From the human T2T-CHM13v2.0 reference genome, Homo sapiens, in NCBI GenBank assembly GCA_009914755.4, contig CP068257.2, positions 352,001 to 416,000 on the forward strand: a DNA stretch of 64,000 bases. Reading direction: 5' to 3'. This document shows, one piece after another, positions 40,350-53,285 of this stretch (position 1 is its first letter; each line of letters starts with the position of its first letter). The notes below the pieces were generated by a model. That model was not told the origin of the DNA, searched no databases, and was given only the letters and a program-made list of their open reading frames with translations. The position numbers and the translations under genes are program-made.

Positions 40350-40486
40350 AAAAAAAAAATATTATCTACCAAACCTTTAAAGTTCTTTCCCTGGATAGTT
40401 ATTTCACAGGTAGGATGTTTATCAGTAATTTGATTTACCCAATAAGCTGCCTTGCCTTTTTTATTTGTGCTTCCAAATCCTCCAGT

Positions 40487-40756
40487 TCATTTAATTTCAC
40501 TTTTTCCCATTCCCACATACGGCACACTCAGGAGCTGTGCTATGCGCACTTCTGGCTGTGCTTTCCAGGGAACAGAAGTAGATATCACAATTTGAATTTC
40601 CTCATTGTAATCTGAATTATTGACTCCAGTGTGTATTTGTACCCCTTTTAAACTTAAACTAGACCTTCTGAAAAGTAATCCCATTGTCCCTGTTGGCAAC
40701 GGTCCACAGACTCCTGTTGGGACCTTTTGCGGGGGTTCCCCAGGCAGAAGGCTCAC
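40487..40756 (-). pseudogene. ERV dUTPase remnant (betaretroviral pro-frame dUTPase)
   Basis: MSLLPGEPPQKVPTGVCGPLPTGTMGLLFRRSSLSLKGVQIHTGVNNSDYNEEIQIVISTSVPWKAQPEVRIAQLLSVPY matches HERV-K dUTPase motifs (GIYGPLPPNTFGLILGRSS...KGLQV.PGVID.DY.GEI...RIAQL). Confidence 0.8.
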
Positions 40757-40989
40757 AGCTTTTGTGCAGCATAAATCTACTGTGGCACTATGGCCTGTGG
40801 TGGGGGACAGATAATGTATGGAGGTGAGGGAATGGCCTGAGCTGGAAATGCCCTGGTTTAGAACAGGGCCTGGGATGGGCCCCTCAGGGAGTTTCCTGAA
40901 ATCGGATTCCCTTCTTTATCAAACCTAGAGTGACACTGATTAGCCCAAAGTTTTCCTTTTTTACATTTTGGACATATTTCAGGATCAGC

Positions 40990-41270
40990 AGTTTTCTTTT
41001 TTCCCCTATCTGGTGGCCTTACTCGCTGATTTTTTTTTCTACATTCTTTTTAGTATGACCATGCTTCCCACAGTTAAAACAAGCTCCAGGAAATGGAGTA
41101 TTTCCTTTATCCACTCTCAGTCCTGCCATCGCCTGTGCCAACAAAGTAGCTTTATGTAGATTACCTCTGATACTATCACAGGCCTTGATATAATCAACTA
41201 AATGTGCTTTCCCTCTGATAGGTCGCAGAGCAGCCTAGCAATAGTGATTAGCATTGTCAAAAGCTAATAA
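40990..41270 (-). pseudogene. ERV gag capsid C-terminus / nucleocapsid Cys-His box remnant (provirus A)
   Basis: RC translation ...NANHYC*AALRPIREKAHLVDYIKACDSIRGNLHKATLLAQAMAGLRVDKGNTPFPGACFNCGKHGHTKKN. Compare HERV-K Gag ...YENANPECQSAIKPLKGK...YVKACDGIGGAMHKAMLMAQAI...KCYNCGQIGHLKKNC. Confidence 0.75.
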
Positions 41271-42299
41271 CTGCAAAAGTATATCCTAAGCAGCCAAATC
41301 TGCAATCATCTTTTTAAGAGATTCCTGTAACCAAGCTACAAAATCCACGCATGTTTCTCTTGGTCCCTGTTTTATAGTACTAAAGGAAGGGTATTGTTCT
41401 CCACATGAAGTGATTTTTTCCAAGCTCTAATGCACACTCCTCTAAGCTGTTCTATGGCATCATCTTGCATGACCACTTGTGCATGTAAACCAGCCCAGCC
41501 ACCAACCCCCAAAAGTTGGTCTGCAGTTATATTAATCTGAGGTTGGGCCCAGGCATTGCGAGAAGCCTGAATGGAAGCTTCATCTGCCCACTAAGTTTTA
41601 AATCGTAAGAACTGAGCAGGAATTAGACAAGCTCGAGTAATAGTGTCCCAGTCAGTAGGAATCATCTGACTGGAAACAGCAACATTCTTTAACGGTCCCA
41701 TTTCAAAAGGAGAACCTGGTCCATACTGATTTATAGCGTGTTTAAATTTTTTGAGTAATTTAAAAGGAAAAGGCTCAAATGTAGCTATAATATTTCCCTG
41801 TTGATCTGCGGGGTGTATTCAAACAGGGAACTGCCAAGCCTCTAAATCCCACTTTTGTCTAGCTTGCTGAATTCCTGCCTGAATAGAACTAAGAGCAGTC
41901 GCTCAAGGCGCTGCTCGAACAGTCACCAGGGCAACTACTTTTCACCCAGTGTCCTCCAGAAAAGAAAGATCTGGAGGGTCGTTTTCTTCAAAATAATAAT
42001 GAGGGGGTGCAGAAGGGTAGGGATGAACCTCTCCTTCCTTTTCTGCTTTAGATTTAGGTGGCAAATAAACCTGGTCTGTAACCTCTACTGTTACTTTGTT
42101 ATACTCTCCTTCCTCCTCATCATCAGTGTGAAAAAGTTCCAAGGTAGAACGAACCACAGCCCACACTTGTCCCATTGTTACCCTGAAGCTTCCGAGCTCC
42201 CCTTCTTACTCACCACAGGGATTGCTTTAAGAGTACTCAGGTGTCCTCCAGCTAGTTCCACATTCTCCAATCGTTGCTCCAGAGATCCTTTGACCTATA

Positions 42300-42835
42300 T
42301 TTGAGCCCCCATGAATTTGCACCACTTGCTGAGACCAGGTCGGTCGGGGAGACCCTAACCCAGCAGCGCTAGAGGAATTAAAGATATATACACTGAAATA
42401 TAGAGGTGTGAAGTGGGAAATCAGGGGTCTCACAGCCTTCAGAGCTGAGAGCCCTGAACAGAGATTTACCCACGTATTTATTAACAGCAAGCCAGTCATT
42501 AGCATTGTTTCTATAGATATTAGATTAAGTAAAAGTATTCCTTATGGGAAACGAAGGGATGGGCTGAATTAAAGGAATAGGTTGGGCTAGTTAACTGCAG
42601 CAGAAGCATGTTCTTAAGGCACAGATCACTCATGCTATTGTTTGTGGCTTAAGAATGTTTTTAAGTGGTTTTTCACCCTGGACGGGCCAGGTATTCCTTG
42701 TCCTCATTCCAGTGAACCTACAACCTTACAGCGTGGGTGTTATGGCCATCATGAACATGTCACAGTGCTGCAGAGATTTTGTTTATGGCCAGTTTTGGGG
42801 CCAGTTTATGGCCGGATTTGAGGGGTCTTGTTCCC
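42300..42835 (-). repeat. 5' LTR of provirus A (about 535 bp, TG...CA-type; AATAAA signal; direct repeats ggccataaactggcc / ggccataaacaaaatc)
   Basis: RC begins tgaggaactgTGTTGGGAACAAGACCCC... and contains ...gctgttaataaatacgtgggtaaatctctgttcagg. Followed by a leader and the gag start ATGGGACAAGTGTGG (MGQ...). Upstream edge abuts the protease/dUTPase remnant of provirus B. Confidence 0.65.
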
Positions 42836-43185
42836 AACAGTTCCTCAGGGTAAGGGTGCCCTAACGCCTGTGGGGACCTTCTTTGGTGGCTCCCCAGGAA
42901 GTAAGGAGATGGGAATTGTTCTGTAGAGGTCTACAGCAGCACTGCTTGCTGAGGCGGGGGACAATTGTTGTACATTTGTAAGGGCAGTGGCTGTGCTGGG
43001 TATGCCTCGGTTTGTTGAGGGGCTCAAGGTGGGTCCCTCTTCCTATTTCCTGAAAGAGGTTGCCCATCTTTGCTAAATTTAGAATGACATGGACTTGCCT
43101 AGTGATTGCCTTTCTTACACCAGGGACATACACTGGGACTTTTCTGTTGATTGATGGTAGTAGTTTTCGTCTTTTTAATTCCTTT

Positions 43186-43449
43186 CTACATTCCTTTCTT
43201 GTGTCCAATTTGCCCACAATTAAGGCAAGAGCCTGAGAAATGAAGCATATTTTTTCTTACTCTTAATCTAGTCATAGCCTGAGCTAAAAGAATAGCCTTA
43301 TGTAAGTTACCTCCAATGCCATCGCAGGCCTTAATATATTTAGTTAAATGAGCCTTCTCTCTCAGGGGTCTAATAGCAGTTTGACACTCTGCATTAGCAT
43401 TATTGTATGCAAGAAGCTGTATTACAACATCTTGAGCTGTTTTTATCAT
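43186..43449 (-). pseudogene. ERV gag CA/NC remnant (provirus B)
   Basis: ORF 43186-43449 (-): MIKTAQDVVIQLLAYNNANAECQTAIRPLREKAHLTKYIKACDGIGGNLHKAILLAQAMTRLRVRKNMLHFSGSCLNCGQIGHKKGM. Strong match to the HERV-K Gag major homology region through the first Cys-His box. Confidence 0.85.
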
Positions 43450-44594
43450 TTATGGCTTTATACACAGCCTCTTGGAGCTGAGCAATAAAATTAATATATG
43501 GTTGTTTAGGTCCTTGTCAGACAGAACTGAAATAAGGATACTTTTCCCCTGTAACATTTATCCTTTTCTATGCCTGTAAGCACATGAAGCACAGCTGAAC
43601 AATGGCAACATCTTCCATTACTGCTTGATTCTCTAATCAACCCCGGTTAGGGCCAACTCATATTAACTGATCAAAGAAAACAGGCACAGGTGGCTGCACT
43701 TCTGTGTTTTCATTTGCCTGAGTTTGAGCTTCATCAGCCTACCAAGTTTTAAACTGCAAGTACTGAGATGGAGTGAGAACAGGTTTTGTCAAAGTATCCT
43801 AATTATATAGTAGTAATCTATTACCAAGAGCCATATTTTTTAATAAAGTTTGCACAAAAAGAGAGTTCAGTCCATATTGACTAATGGCTTGCTTAAATTC
43901 TTTAGTAACTTAAAAGAAAAAACAGCCTAATTAGCTATATTCTGTCCTACTTGCTGGATTATAGTAACGGGAAATTGCCATGCTTCAAGGTCTCCCTTGG
44001 CTTTAGCTTTTTGAATAGAATTTTGTCTAGCACCACCAATTGCTCCAGGTCTTAATGTTGCAACTACAGGAGCAGTAAGTTTTTCAGCTAATTTATTTTC
44101 TCACCCATTTAGGGGAGAGAGAGGAGGTGGCCATTCACCTAATTCAGCAGGTGGAGCAAATGGGCTAATAAAACATACTTTTTAAAGTCTTTCTTTTCTT
44201 TAATCTCCTCCGGTAGCTGTTCTTCACACTCAGAATTTGAAGTTAGTTTTTTACACTCATCCTCCTCTTCCTCATCTGAATCTGCCTCATCATCTATTTG
44301 AAATGGCTCAAAGTCTGCCTTTGTTAGTGTCCACACTGACCATACAGAAACTGGAATTTTTGCTCCATCTTTATATGCCTTTTAAAAATCTCTTCCAATT
44401 CTCTCCCGTTCATCTAACTTCATACTCCTTTGTTCTGGAAACCATGGGCAAAACTGTTTTACTGTACTAAAGAGTGATAACAAATTCTAAGTACTAACTT
44501 TCACTCCCCATCTTTGTATGTCCTCGGGTGTCTTTTGATGATGTGTCCTCTGCTTTCACATGCTCTAGCCTTCCTTCATCAGGGTCTTTGTCAT

Positions 44595-44612
44595 CCCATG
44601 TTGGGCGCCAAG
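44595..44612 (-). other. Primer-binding site complementary to tRNA-Lys(1,2) 3' end (minus-strand TGGCGCCCAACATGGG vs canonical TGGCGCCCAACGTGGGGC)
   Basis: + strand reads cccatgttgggcgccaag, whose RC is cttggcgcccaacatggg. Sits directly downstream (element sense) of the U5 end and upstream of the gag ATG, as expected for a HERV-K-type PBS. Confidence 0.7.
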
Positions 44613-44613
44613 A

Positions 44614-44930
44614 ATGCTGGGGTGATCAGACCCAAAACAAGGTCATGGGGGTGACAAAGTCCGGTGGAGTTAAAGGAATGAGAAAAAGACAGTTTGAGAG
44701 AGAAAGTGGGACCAGGGGACCATCACAAGTGTGGAGTCTGCAAAGTCCCCAAGCTCTGGGAGCCCACGCTATTTATTGGTGCTCAAACAAAGAAACAGGT
44801 GGTGAGGATGTGGGGGTTGAAAGGAAACGGAGTATCAAGTGAATGAGAAACATATGGCCCTGCCTCAGCTTCTCTTCCAACACTCAGCTTTTCTCCCAAC
44901 ACATTCCCCTTAAGAACAGGAATAAAATAG
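44614..44930 (-). repeat. Truncated 5' LTR (R/U5 portion, ~320 bp) of provirus B with AATAAATAG polyA signal
   Basis: RC: ...gtttgagcaccaataaatagcgtgggctcccagagcttggggactttgcagactcc ... ccccagcattcttggcgccc. Truncated at 44930, where an L1 ORF2 fragment begins. Confidence 0.6.
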
Positions 44931-45860
44931 GGATGCCTGTTCTCACCACTCCTGTTCAACAAGTCCTAGCCAGAGCAATCAGGCAAGAGAAAGAGATAAA
45001 ATGCATCCAAATAGGAAATGAAGTCAAATTATCTCTCTTCACTGATGATATGATTCTACACCTAGAAAACCCTAAAGACTGTGCCAAAAGGCTCCTAGAA
45101 CTGATAAAAAAACTTCAGCGAAGTTTCAGGATGAAAAAATCAACATAGAAAAAGAAGTAGCATTTCTGTACACCAAAAATGTTTAAACTGAGAGGTAAGT
45201 CAAGAGTGCAATCCTGTTTACAACAGCAACCCCCAAAATAAAATAAAAGAAGAATATGTCTAACCAAGGAGGTAAAGGATATCTAAAAGGAGAACTATAA
45301 AACACTGCAGAAAGAAATCATAGATGACAAAACAAATGGAAAACCATTCCATGCTCATGGATTAGAAAGAGCAATATTGTTAGAATGGCTATACTGCCAA
45401 AAGCAATCTACACATTCAACATTATTCCTATGAAACAACCAATGTCGTTTTTCACAGAATCAGAAAAAAACTATTCTAAATTTCGTATGGATTTTTAAAG
45501 AGCCCAGACAACCAAAGGAAACCTAAGCAAGAAGAACAAAGCTGGAGACATCACATTACTTGACTTCATACTATACCCTAAGGCCACAGTAGACAAAATA
45601 GCATGGTGGCGATATGAAAACAGACACAAAGACCAATGCAACAGAATAGAGAACCCCAAAATAAACATGCACCTACAGCCATCAGCTTTCCCAGGATAAC
45701 ACAAATAGAGCCAAGTGGCACCTGCACATTACACTGTGGAAGAAAAACCCAAGCTCAAGAAAGCCAAACTTGTATTATGGGAAGTTGACTTGGCTGTACC
45801 CTTCCCAAGAGGGAGAAATTATCTGCATTATACTAGACAGTAAATAAAATTTTCCTTTGT
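44930..45860 (+). mobile_element. Old L1 ORF2 fragment (RT to C-terminal region), + strand
   Basis: Translation ...[62 protein letters not shown]... and downstream ...[28 protein letters not shown]..., typical diverged L1 ORF2. Confidence 0.75.
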
Positions 45861-48800
45861 TCCAGAAGGAGGTACTGGTTTTCTATTCCAAGGGTGTTTT
45901 CTATACAAACATGCTTGAAAATAATCATTTGGAACAAGAAAGTCATCGTCCACACTTGCAAAATGTGTGGAAATTAAAGAGATCCAAAAACTGTTTCTCT
46001 ACCAATTTCTATGTTTTAAAAATCACATTTTCCCCATATAATAAGCTTTTAATATGTGATCATGTTCTGAAATTGTCTTAGCATGTACCTCCATATCTGA
46101 GTCCAGAAGGATACAATAAATTTAATTAAATTTAGTAACACTTCAAATAGTAGTGATTGTAATAGCAGAGCTAGTTTGTAGCATAAGGAAAAAATAATTA
46201 TATTATTAGGTGACACAAATAATGCTAGCCACCATTTCTAAGTGTCATGGTAAGTACAGTGATTATTTTCTTTTTTCTGAATCTTTTTTATTGTATTTTA
46301 TTTTTTTTTCCCATAGGTTATTGTGGTATGGTGGTATTTGGTTCCATGAATAAGTTCTTTACTGGTTATTTGTGAGATTTGGGTGCACCCATCTCCCGAA
46401 CCGTGAAATGAGTTCAAATGAATTGTCAAACGTATGTGGGAAAAGTGGAATCAGTTTGTGAGAAAAAGCAAAAAACTCAACAGAAATGCTGATAAAGCAT
46501 CATCCCTTCATGGCTAGCGCTGCCAGGACACTAGAACACCAAAATCAGCTAGGGAAATTTTGTAGAAGTCCCAGATGTACTAAATGTTCTGTGAATACAC
46601 AGAGATATAATTATAACTGTTACCTGCATGTAGAGTAAAGATGAGAAGGCATTGGTCTTGGTGGCAGCTACCTCAGGAGTTACAAAGCAGACGTGGTCCC
46701 AGGACAGTATATGTCAGGGCAAAGCTGTCCTCAGAGGCTATTAGGAGCTGGTTATGGCACAGACATTGTAAGTCAGATGGTCTCATTACTTTCAATGACA
46801 AAACCAAAATTACTTTTGCATCAGCCTAATACAACGGCCTGGCAAGAGCACAGAAAAAGTCCCTGTGCTGTTAGGTGGGGACCTCTGATGCAGCACAATT
46901 CCTTCATTCCCTTCTCCAAAACCCCCTCTTCCAATTCCACTGAAGAGAGAATCTGATGGAAGTCCTGTGTAAGCAGGCTCAGATATAACTACCACTATAG
47001 ACAGTAGAGGTGATTCATAAATCCAAGCCTATCAAATACATCATAAATAAGTTACACGTTTAATTTTTTTTTGAAATTAGGGATCATGATATAAAAGTTA
47101 TCAGAATCAAAACTGTCACTAATGTTTAAAAAGAAAAGAAAAAACCTGGACAAATCGATTCAGAGAAGGCCTTGAAGAGAGGGTTCTCGTGCTTCTAGGC
47201 CTGATACAAACTATCACAAAATACCACAAAATCCACAACCTTGCACAAAGGCCATAGCGACCTTACACAAAATACACTTCTGTGAGGACATGTATCCAGC
47301 AACCGCCTGCCCAAACTTCAACTGACATCGACCTTGTTGTTGATCTTTATAGTCAAAGGTAACTATATCAAAACAATTATAGAAGCCTCTTCATTTTTCC
47401 TTTATTTATTTTTTTCTACTCCCCCATAATTCCAGGTTGATCGCTTTTCTTTTAAAGACCTTGTCTTCCTTTACCATTTGAATCTACACAGTTTGCTTTG
47501 TCATGCATATTCCCATTGCAGTGCCCTCCTCCCTAAGATGTGTCTTTTTCGTTTAGAGAGCCTTTCTGTTTGTTATTTAGGTTTACAATGAGAAGACGTG
47601 TAAAGTATTTTTACTGTCTTCCTAGGAAAAAATCACTGACTTACAATATTTATATTTATTTATTTACATTCCTGGGGATGAGGAATTAAAGATTTCACAA
47701 ATTTTCTTATTGAGAAGATCGAAGTTTTCATGTAAGCAAAACTGAATATGTAAATTATGCTGCAGATAATATGCTCAAATGTTTACTTGTATTTAATTTG
47801 TTACACATGAATATTGCATATGTAAGATAATATACTAAGAAATTATCACATTTAATGAAATGCTTTAATCAAATTCCTGATTGAATTTTTGATATCAATA
47901 TATTTTTCCTTGTTTAATCCATCTTTAGAGTGAACAGGGCTGTCTAGGCCAAAGTCCTCACTTCTATCTAAATTGTCTGAGTTACAGAACTTTTTGAATT
48001 TATTATGTTGTCACAGGAAGTTTCTTATTGCTTGTTTAAAGGAGTCTCTCTCAATATGATGCAGAATACAAAAGCACTGAAGGGCATATATCCTGAGTTT
48101 CTGTTACTGAAGCTAAAGGTTGCCAATTTCTTGTAGATCCTGCTAGAGTTAAACTTCATTTAAGTAATCATTAAAGGCTGCATTTATTCCCTCACTTGAA
48201 CTTTTGATTTCACACTATTAGGACTAATCCTCTAAGTCTTTGCTAAGTTATGTTCCTCCTTTTCTTGTGGCTTGACTCTGATGCTCTCTATATGCAACAT
48301 CAATTGACATAAAGTACATTCAGGGCAAGAGAGTTTCTTTAAATATTACTTTGTTATTCAAAATAATCACAAAAGCACTCATCGTAGGAAAACTTGTGAG
48401 GACTCAAATATAGGGAAATACTTTTTCTTTCTAAGGCACAATTCTCTAAAGAAGTTCACCTTAATTTGAATATACATGGGAAAATATCCTTGTTCACTAA
48501 TAGTCTATATTCACTCTGTTTTCTTCCCTCATAGACCAGCCGGTTCACTATTATTCTCCAAATGATGCGTGCCTCCCTAGAGTCCAGGCTATCTGCATAT
48601 CTAATTTTTCCCACAAATTACTGTTTTGAATTGCACTGAATTCAATTCAAGGGGATGTCATTTATAAACAGTGCAAATATATACTGCACGAGGGATCTTA
48701 GAAATCATACACATGGTTTGATCCATAAGCTCATATGAGCGTGCAATGTCAAGTTTTTTCGTGTTTTTTTAAATCCACTTAAATTCTATTTTAAGCCACC

Positions 48801-49684
48801 ATCTCCCTGTGCTGGTAGGGCAGTTAGCCTTCAATCATTTTAAGATGCTCCCCTCTAAGTACTGTGATAGTGATAGAGATATCACCAGTCAGGTGTCCTA
48901 GGAAGCCGACTCCGAGTTGGAGATTTGCATGCAAGGAGGTTGAAATGATATTCCCAACACCTGTGGAAGAGTGAAAGCAATAGGATTGGGTGGAGCAGGA
49001 AGTCGGCTGGAATGCAATCACTATCATGGCCGCAGTCCACTCTACAGGGATCTTGGTGAGTTTACCTAATGAACTCGAATTGGAGCAAGAAAACCAGGCC
49101 ATTATATTTCTGTACCAAGCAGTTCTCGGATGTGGGATGCCTTGAGAAGGGACATGAACTTGGATGAAGGAACTTTACTGTGCTGTGAGTATTGTTGCCA
49201 GGAGTCAGCTGTCAACACTCCCAGGAGACGGGAAATTATGCTTTAGTCACTGAGGCAGCATCTAGTGTCAGACCACAGCCTTGTTAAACAGAGCCAGAAT
49301 TTGGAGGATGGTTGGTGGGTTTAACATTTGGGGCTTGACATCTTGTCCCCACAAGCTGCTGATGGCCTCTTCCTTGTCCATTTCTGTGTGGCCTGTTTAG
49401 GACCCCCAGCTTCCTGCTTCTTCTTTACCATATTTGGAATGCAAAAATCTACACGTAATTTGGCCCATGGTCCCTTCTGCTTAGACATATCCTTGTAGCT
49501 ATTTTTTTTAAAAGATGACTATGTCTTCTAGAATATTTCTAAGAAACTGCCTAAGTCACCACTGCTCACCAAGAGGCCTTTGTTTTTTCCTCTTCTTAAC
49601 CATGGGAAAGGAATGTAGGAGGGTAGGGAGTGGATATTTTCTAACCTGGAAAAAACTCATTTTACCCTATATAATTTTTGTTAG

Positions 49685-50225
<541 letters not shown>

Positions 50226-52689
50226 GAGTGACCTTGCTTTGTAATTTTTACATCATATATCCCCTGTGTTAGACCAAGAGCTTGTAAAAGCCAGAAAACA
50301 TACACCATTTATAGTTCAATTAGAGATGTTCACTGATAAAACTGATTCTTCCATCTGAGGGTGGTATTTATAGTTACAGTAATGTAGATGACAATCTAAG
50401 TTATGTTCTATAAACTGTGTCACTGACACCTCAATCTACAGCTAACTTTAATTTTTTAAAAGCAGAGGAGTGGGTTGTATAGGTTTAGAAATGCATCCAT
50501 CAAGCTAGTTAAGTGAGATGGATTCAAACCTTCAACTCACTGGAATATTTACCAAATTGACTATTCATTAGCTAAAGGAGCCATATAAACAAGGTACTTT
50601 TTAAAATTCAAAATTATGTAAGGTTTTATTTCCTTTTTATGCAGTTATGAATTCTATTGTAGAGGTTATAAGGTAAAATAAGATTACTTTTACAGTAAAA
50701 CATGCAACATATTGTCACAAGAGGGAAGCCTTTGAACATGAATTGCTTCTCAGGAATTCCTTGAAATTTTGAGACAGTTACTTTAATTAACACAACTAAA
50801 TAATAAAACACTACAGAGGATCTAAGAAGATACTTTGACTTATGCATATTGTTACTTTTTTATTACTGGTAGTGGAAGATGTAATCCACAAGGAAGGCAA
50901 GGGCTGAATTTGTTTTATGTAAAAAGACAAATTTCTTTGGGTTTTAGCTTTCAAACATCAAGATAGTAGATCAATGTCTAAATGAGTCTATCAAAGTTCT
51001 CACACTAGCACATGTAAATCCACCTCTTATCTACCCAAAACTCTAAGCAAGCAAAGGCAAGTTGGAAGAATCAGACAAATGTAAGTGCCTAGGATACATA
51101 AATGCCACTGGATTTTGTTTTTAACTTTCAACCTCCCAAGTTTCACTAAGAGACATGTTATTTGGAGAGGTTGCTAAAGTGTAGTTGTATGATGTCTCTG
51201 TGTACGGTTGGTCTGGACTTCTTTCTGTCCAGTGGTTGCCCTTGACTGGTTAGAGTCACCTCTCTAAAGATCATGCTTACGTCCCTGGAGCAGTCCACAG
51301 CACTATCAATGTCTGACCTCCACCTTTTTCCAATTAATATTTCTGTACTTACTGAATTGGAAAACATACAGGTGTTTTTTGCCTGGTCACTTGTGGTTTT
51401 ACAACACTCCCCGCACTTCCGCACCACTGTCCCAGGTGATTTTGTTGCCAGCCAAAGTGTGAGAACTACTGGCAGCTGCTGGCAGACAGCAGCAAAGGCC
51501 CAAATCCTCTGTGTGATTTCAAGACCCCTATCTGGTTTTCAGCCATATTTCCTTCTCCTTCTCACAGCTGAGCCCACTCCTCCTCCCTCACCACCTGTAG
51601 GCTATGCTTTCCAGCCTGTGTCCAGGATTAGTCCTGATGTAAGGCACGTGGGGTTTAAGGATCTCTCTTTTCAGTCTTATTTCCGCACCATCGCTGACAG
51701 ATATATTCCAGTTGTAATCATGGGGCTACCTCCTTTTGTTTCCAGTCCCATGCTCATTTTCTCTATCACATTCTACCTTGTAATAACCTAAATCTTCTGG
51801 TGAGCAAGTTTCTTCCTCAATCAAATTTGTGTTTATGATTGTGTTGGGGATTGGCTTAGTAATCCAGGTGCTGCTGCTGCCTTGAAAGCAGAGACTGCAT
51901 CCTTCTGTCTGGATATCTTGAGTTTCTGGATTGTAAACCTTATTCGGGCCCATCTTTCCTAGAATTGGAGCCTCTACTTTGTTCTTGCTACTTTAGTTCA
52001 CCCAGAAAGCACGATCTCTGCCTGAATTTCAAAGTGTTGGCTAGCTTAAATATCCTTTTGTGAGACTTTTGTCTTCCTACGGGGTGATTTTTTCAACTTA
52101 GATACCATTGCTAATCTTTTTATCTTGAATGTAATTGAAATAGTTTTAATCTGTGTTACCAGCAACAAGAACCCCTTTTATGAGATGAAGAGGCCAGGTC
52201 AGTCTCATAACATGTGTCCCCCTCCGTGTGTTGAATTTATTTCAGAGCCAGGTTCTTTCCTATTTGACGTCTCTCACCAAATTCCAGTGTTTATGTCCTA
52301 GGAGGTGCCCAATAAATTCTAGAGTTGATACAAGCTGTAATTTTAGAGAAATTATATTAGCAAGTAGAATTAGATTATATACAACCTAATCAACTTTTTT
52401 TTTTCTGAGGATGACCAAGATTTGGGCTTCAGTGACAATAGTTGTCCCCTAAATATTTATACTCAAAATCTAGGATCACCAGTACAATGTTGAATAGAGG
52501 TGATGAACACACACATCCCTTTCTTGTCCTAATCTATGTGGTTTAAACATTTACGATTTCACCATTAAATATAGTATTGTTTATATGTTTTGTTGTGGAT
52601 GCTTTCCATCACTTCGAGAAAATTTCTTTTTCTAGCTTGCTGAGAGTTTTTATTTTTAAATCAGCAATAGATATTTCTCCAAAGAAAAT

Positions 52690-53285
52690 ATCCAAATGAC
52701 CAACAGATACATGAAAAAAATGCTCAGCATCACTAATCAGGGATATGCAAATCAAAACCACAAAGAGATATTGCCTCAAGCCCATTAGAATAGTCTTATT
52801 AAAAGAAAAAGATAACGAGTGTTAACAATGGGGAGAAATTGGAACACTTCTACAGTGTTTCTGGGAAAATAAAACTGTGCAGCCTCTATGGAAAACAGTA
52901 CGATGGTTCCTCAAAAAAATTAAGAAAGTAGAACCACCATATGATCTAGTAGTCTCACTTCAGGTTATTTATCTGAAAGAATTGAGATTGGGATGATTCT
53001 CAGGCTCATTGCAGCATTATTTACACTAATCAAAATGTGGAAATAAGGTTAATGTCTATTGGCAGATGAATAGATAAAGAAAATGTGGTATATTCATACA
53101 ACGGAATATTATTCAGCTTTAAAACAAGAAAGCCTGTCAATATGCAACATGGATGAACCTAGAGGACATTAATGCTAAGTAAAGTAAATCAGTCACAGAA
53201 GGACAAACTGTATGATTCCACTTGTATAAAGTATCTAAGATAGCCAAATTCATTAGAGTCACAGATTAAAATGGTGATAGCTCTT
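52690..53285 (+). mobile_element. Old L1 (L1M/L1P-type) 3' end fragment, + strand
   Basis: Translation ...[168 protein letters not shown] — diverged L1 ORF2 C-terminus and 3'UTR. Confidence 0.7.

Larger units (their letters stand above)
38930..42835 (-). mobile_element. Betaretrovirus-like endogenous retrovirus (HERV-K superfamily / class II ERV) provirus 'A', - strand. Order along the element (high to low coordinate): 5' LTR, leader, gag (MA largely deleted), CA-NC, dUTPase, protease, G-patch, RT (large deletion), RNase H, integrase C-terminus. env and 3' LTR absent
   Basis: Minus-strand translations match HERV-K Gag-Pro-Pol: protease VGADISIISLQHWPSTW...EVYQSSYILHCEGPDGQPGTVQPITTSVPINLWGRDLL; dUTPase ...PTGVCGPLPTGTMGLLFRRSSLSLKGVQIHTGVNNSDYNEEIQIV...RIAQLL; RT/RNase H PKNWPLIVTDLKDCFF...[56 protein letters not shown]; integrase ...[35 protein letters not shown]; gag ...REKAHLVDYIKACDSIRGNLHKATLLAQAMAGL...CFNCGKHGHTKK. 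Confidence 0.85.
42836..44930 (-). mobile_element. Second betaretrovirus-like ERV fragment 'B' (same superfamily as A, different LTR type), - strand: truncated 5' LTR (R-U5 part), tRNA-Lys-type PBS, leader, gag MA-CA-NC, start of dUTPase, then truncated
   Basis: Minus-strand translations: gag MA ...WTLTKADFEPFQIDDEADSDEEEEDE; CA-NC VIQLLAYNNANAECQTAIRPLREKAHLTKYIKACDGIGGNLHKAILLAQAMTRL...SCLNCGQIGHKK; dUTPase start ...LLPGEPPKKVPTGVRAPLP. Parallel but diverged (~75-80%) relative to provirus A. The U5 region is not alignable to A's LTR. Confidence 0.8.
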
